Assembly: GCF_024521635.1 (NCBI RefSeq)
Contig: NW_026250412.1
Coordinates: 62,001 to 126,000, forward strand
Reading direction: 5' to 3'
Origin: Tricharina praecox
Lineage: Eukaryota
DNA: 64,000 nt
Shown here: in pieces, positions 61,655 to 64,000 of the stretch
Layout of the letters: every line of letters begins with the position of its first letter
How positions within the stretch are numbered: position 1 is the first letter of the stretch
The notes under the pieces: model-generated
Databases searched by the model: none
What the model saw: the letters and a program-made list of their open reading frames with translations, nothing else
Told to the model about the DNA's origin: nothing
Made by a program: the position numbers and the translations under genes

Positions 61655-64000
61655 CGATGTGGAGTGCTCCTAGTGGAGTTGATAGAGGTGGTAGTGGTAG
61701 TGGATGTTGGAGGGAAGGTGGTGATTGTAGGAAGAAAAGTGGTGGTGAGCGGGCGGTGCAGCGGTTTTGTTGCGGGTTGTGCGTTGTGAGTTGTGCGTTG
61801 TGACTTAGGGTAAAGGGTTAAGGGTTGGAACTGCACGTTAGGGGGGTCTTGGACTGCACGTTAGGGGGATCTTGGACTGCGGAAGTGCGGGCTTGAAGGC
61901 TTGACAGAGTTTCAAGGTTTGTTGCAGCGGGAACATTGAATTCCCCGAGGAGAAACGAAAAGAAGCTAAAGATCCAGAGGACTCGGCTATCCATGAGCAG
62001 TGATCGGAAATATTGCGAACGCCAGCTGAACCGGATCCCGTTGAGTTCAGGTCACCACATCCAGCCGGCTCCAGCTTCCACGGCGAGTTTAAAGACTTCA
62101 CATTGGATTCCCAACACAATACTCCGAACCCTCCTATCGTGGAGGTATCCTACAGCTGCGGCTTTGATTCCCCAGTCCAGATTCTTGATGTGGTACGTAC
62201 GATAGAATGAGCGGAGGTCACGGGCCTGTTGCGATATATCTTTCCATCTTGTCAAGCACGACATCTTGGTCTAACCTGTATGGGGATTATTAGATTACCA
62301 AAGAGGCGCTCTAGAGTATTATAACACGTGCAGCCTGAATCTGGGTGCGATATGCGTCAGAAGTTTATCTAACATCCACGCCGGGTGCATTCGAACTTCG
62401 TGAAGAGCCGAGTGGCACTTCGCAACATCACGCCTGTATCATCGGCAGGCTCACGCCGCCATCCGTGCCTCCGAGTTCGGACGTACTACAACATCTCCAC
62501 AAGACTGTACCCACCCCGACTTCCATTCCTACAACAAAGCTGCCACAATGTTCAGCCACAACTACCTACGGCAGTATACTCAACGTGCGAGTGAGCACTG
62601 TGAAGCTCGTCATCAGCCTCACGATTCAATTGAACACGTAGGTAGTATCTATCCTACGAGGTCAACTTTCAAGGGCAGGGTTCTTACCTCACCACTACTA
62701 TCACTATTATCACTATTAGTACTCGGAAGCGATCCAAACACCCAGCCTATCACCGCCCTCCCCAGCGGCCAGTGCTGGGCGTATCACCAAAGGCCAAGTA
62801 TCACCGCTGCACCGTAGGCTGTAGCACTGTACGAGTCGAGTCGAGGCGAGGTGATTCTGTTTGCTTTGCCGTAGGTAGGCACTCGTAGACAGATAATGGC
62901 GATGGCCCCGATGGCTCCGATGTCTCCGATGGCCCCGATAGGGGATGCAGCCACTCGGATAAATGCACCGTCTTCCGTCGTGTATACCTCTGTTACTACG
63001 TATGCGATGGGCCCGTCGATCACCCGCCACTATTTTAGAGTGGGAGTATGTATATACATACATCATAGGTCGCGTCTTCTCGCTGCTGATGCTGTGAGCG
63101 CAGTGGGCGCACTGGCATCTCCGGGCCTCGGGGGGGCCTCCGGCGAGCGGGCTGGGCTGCGTCGTTGCTACGACTCCGTTCAGCTCAGCCCTGGCAGGTT
63201 GGCAGACTGGCAGCTCCCCTATCGCATACATGATCCACGTGTCAGATAGCTAGAGCCTGGATCCTGGAGTCTGGAGTCTGGAGCCTGGAGGATGCAGTCG
63301 GCAGCGGCGGGGGCAGGGGCGGGGGCGGGGGCGGGGGCTGATTGGGCCCCCTGGGACCTGGGCAGTGGGTGGGAGTCTACTGGGAGGTCCTGCATGATGA
63401 TGATTATGATGGAGGGGCGGGCAAAGCTGACGTCTTTTCCTAATTTCTGATTTGCTTGGAGAGGGGTCGTAGAAGGGGGGAACATATGCGTAGAGTTGTC
63501 AGTATTGGTGGATACCTACCGATTAGACTATGGCAGTGGGCACTATACAGAGCTGTGTTGTCTGGTTGGTTCGCTCGGGAGTCGGGAGTCGGGAGTCGGG
63601 ACAGATGGTGGGATCGATTCGTCAGCTACGTTACTCGAGGTACCTACAGGCTGCATATCGAGAGATCTTCTGCGGTAAACACGAACGATCCTGGGTGGCT
63701 ATGACTGGGTGGATCAATACTTAGCTTGTTCCAGAATCTACTCCATAAGTATGATAAGTACTTGTTTCTACCTCGTCCCGCTTTTCTCGGCCCGGGAGAT
63801 CGCGGGAGATCGCGAGAGTGCGAGGAGGGGAAGGAATGGCTTCTATGGCTTCTATGGCTTCCGCCAACATCCCACGTTGCATTGCCTGTTACCTCCGTCA
63901 CCGCCTCCGTCACCGCCATCCCGTACTCGGGAACACTAGGTCTACCGTCTACTTTCTCCAGACCACAGCCATCACATATTTATCACCACGGCCTCCGGGA

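Larger units (their letters stand above)
56950..63900. repeat. Diverged tandem direct duplication: copy 1 ~56950-60250, copy 2 ~60670-63900
   Basis: Collinear shared blocks, e.g. CCAGCGCACGGGGTAGAGCATCTGCTCTATTT, TATTGGGCCAAAGGCCCGGAGC, GAGTGCTCCTAGTGGAGTTGATAGAGGTGGT, GGGTTCTTACCTCACCACTAC and GCCCGGGAGATCGCGGGAGAT. Confidence 0.9.

Noticed and set aside
61310-61673. ORFs encoding (VVDYG)n and (LLIME)n
   Set aside because: By-products of a stop-free 15-bp minisatellite; the paralogous region has no such ORF.

Overview
Eukaryotic genomic DNA from a filamentous ascomycete (short GT-AG introns with CTAAC-type branch sites, intron-containing tRNAs; a Pezizomycetes-like gene content is inferred). 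Recognisable genes: a 5-exon vanillyl-alcohol-oxidase-family flavoprotein, the vacuolar M28 protease Pff1, a disrupted PTH11-like receptor, a DUF6601-type membrane protein, a GPI-anchored GH76 (Dfg5/Dcw1-like) enzyme, a GRDP/DUF1399 protein, a BTB-like protein, three tRNA-Asp(GTC) and one tRNA-Phe(GAA). Mobile and repeated DNA: a 1.1-kb non-autonomous hAT element with a nested TA-flanked MITE, a triplicated exon-intron module and a diverged ~3.3-kb tandem duplication carrying an internal micro-inversion, a microhomology deletion and a minisatellite expansion. The strongest leads for something undescribed are (1) a four-member family of small proteins sharing a Y-x-C-[GD]-[HC]-x18-20-C-x2-C motif followed by a Trp/basic tail, three of them in a tandem array at 53.3-55.6 kb, and (2) a VAO homologue that naturally lacks the FAD-linking histidine and most of the octamerisation loop. 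All family assignments come from motif recognition by eye; no database searches were run.
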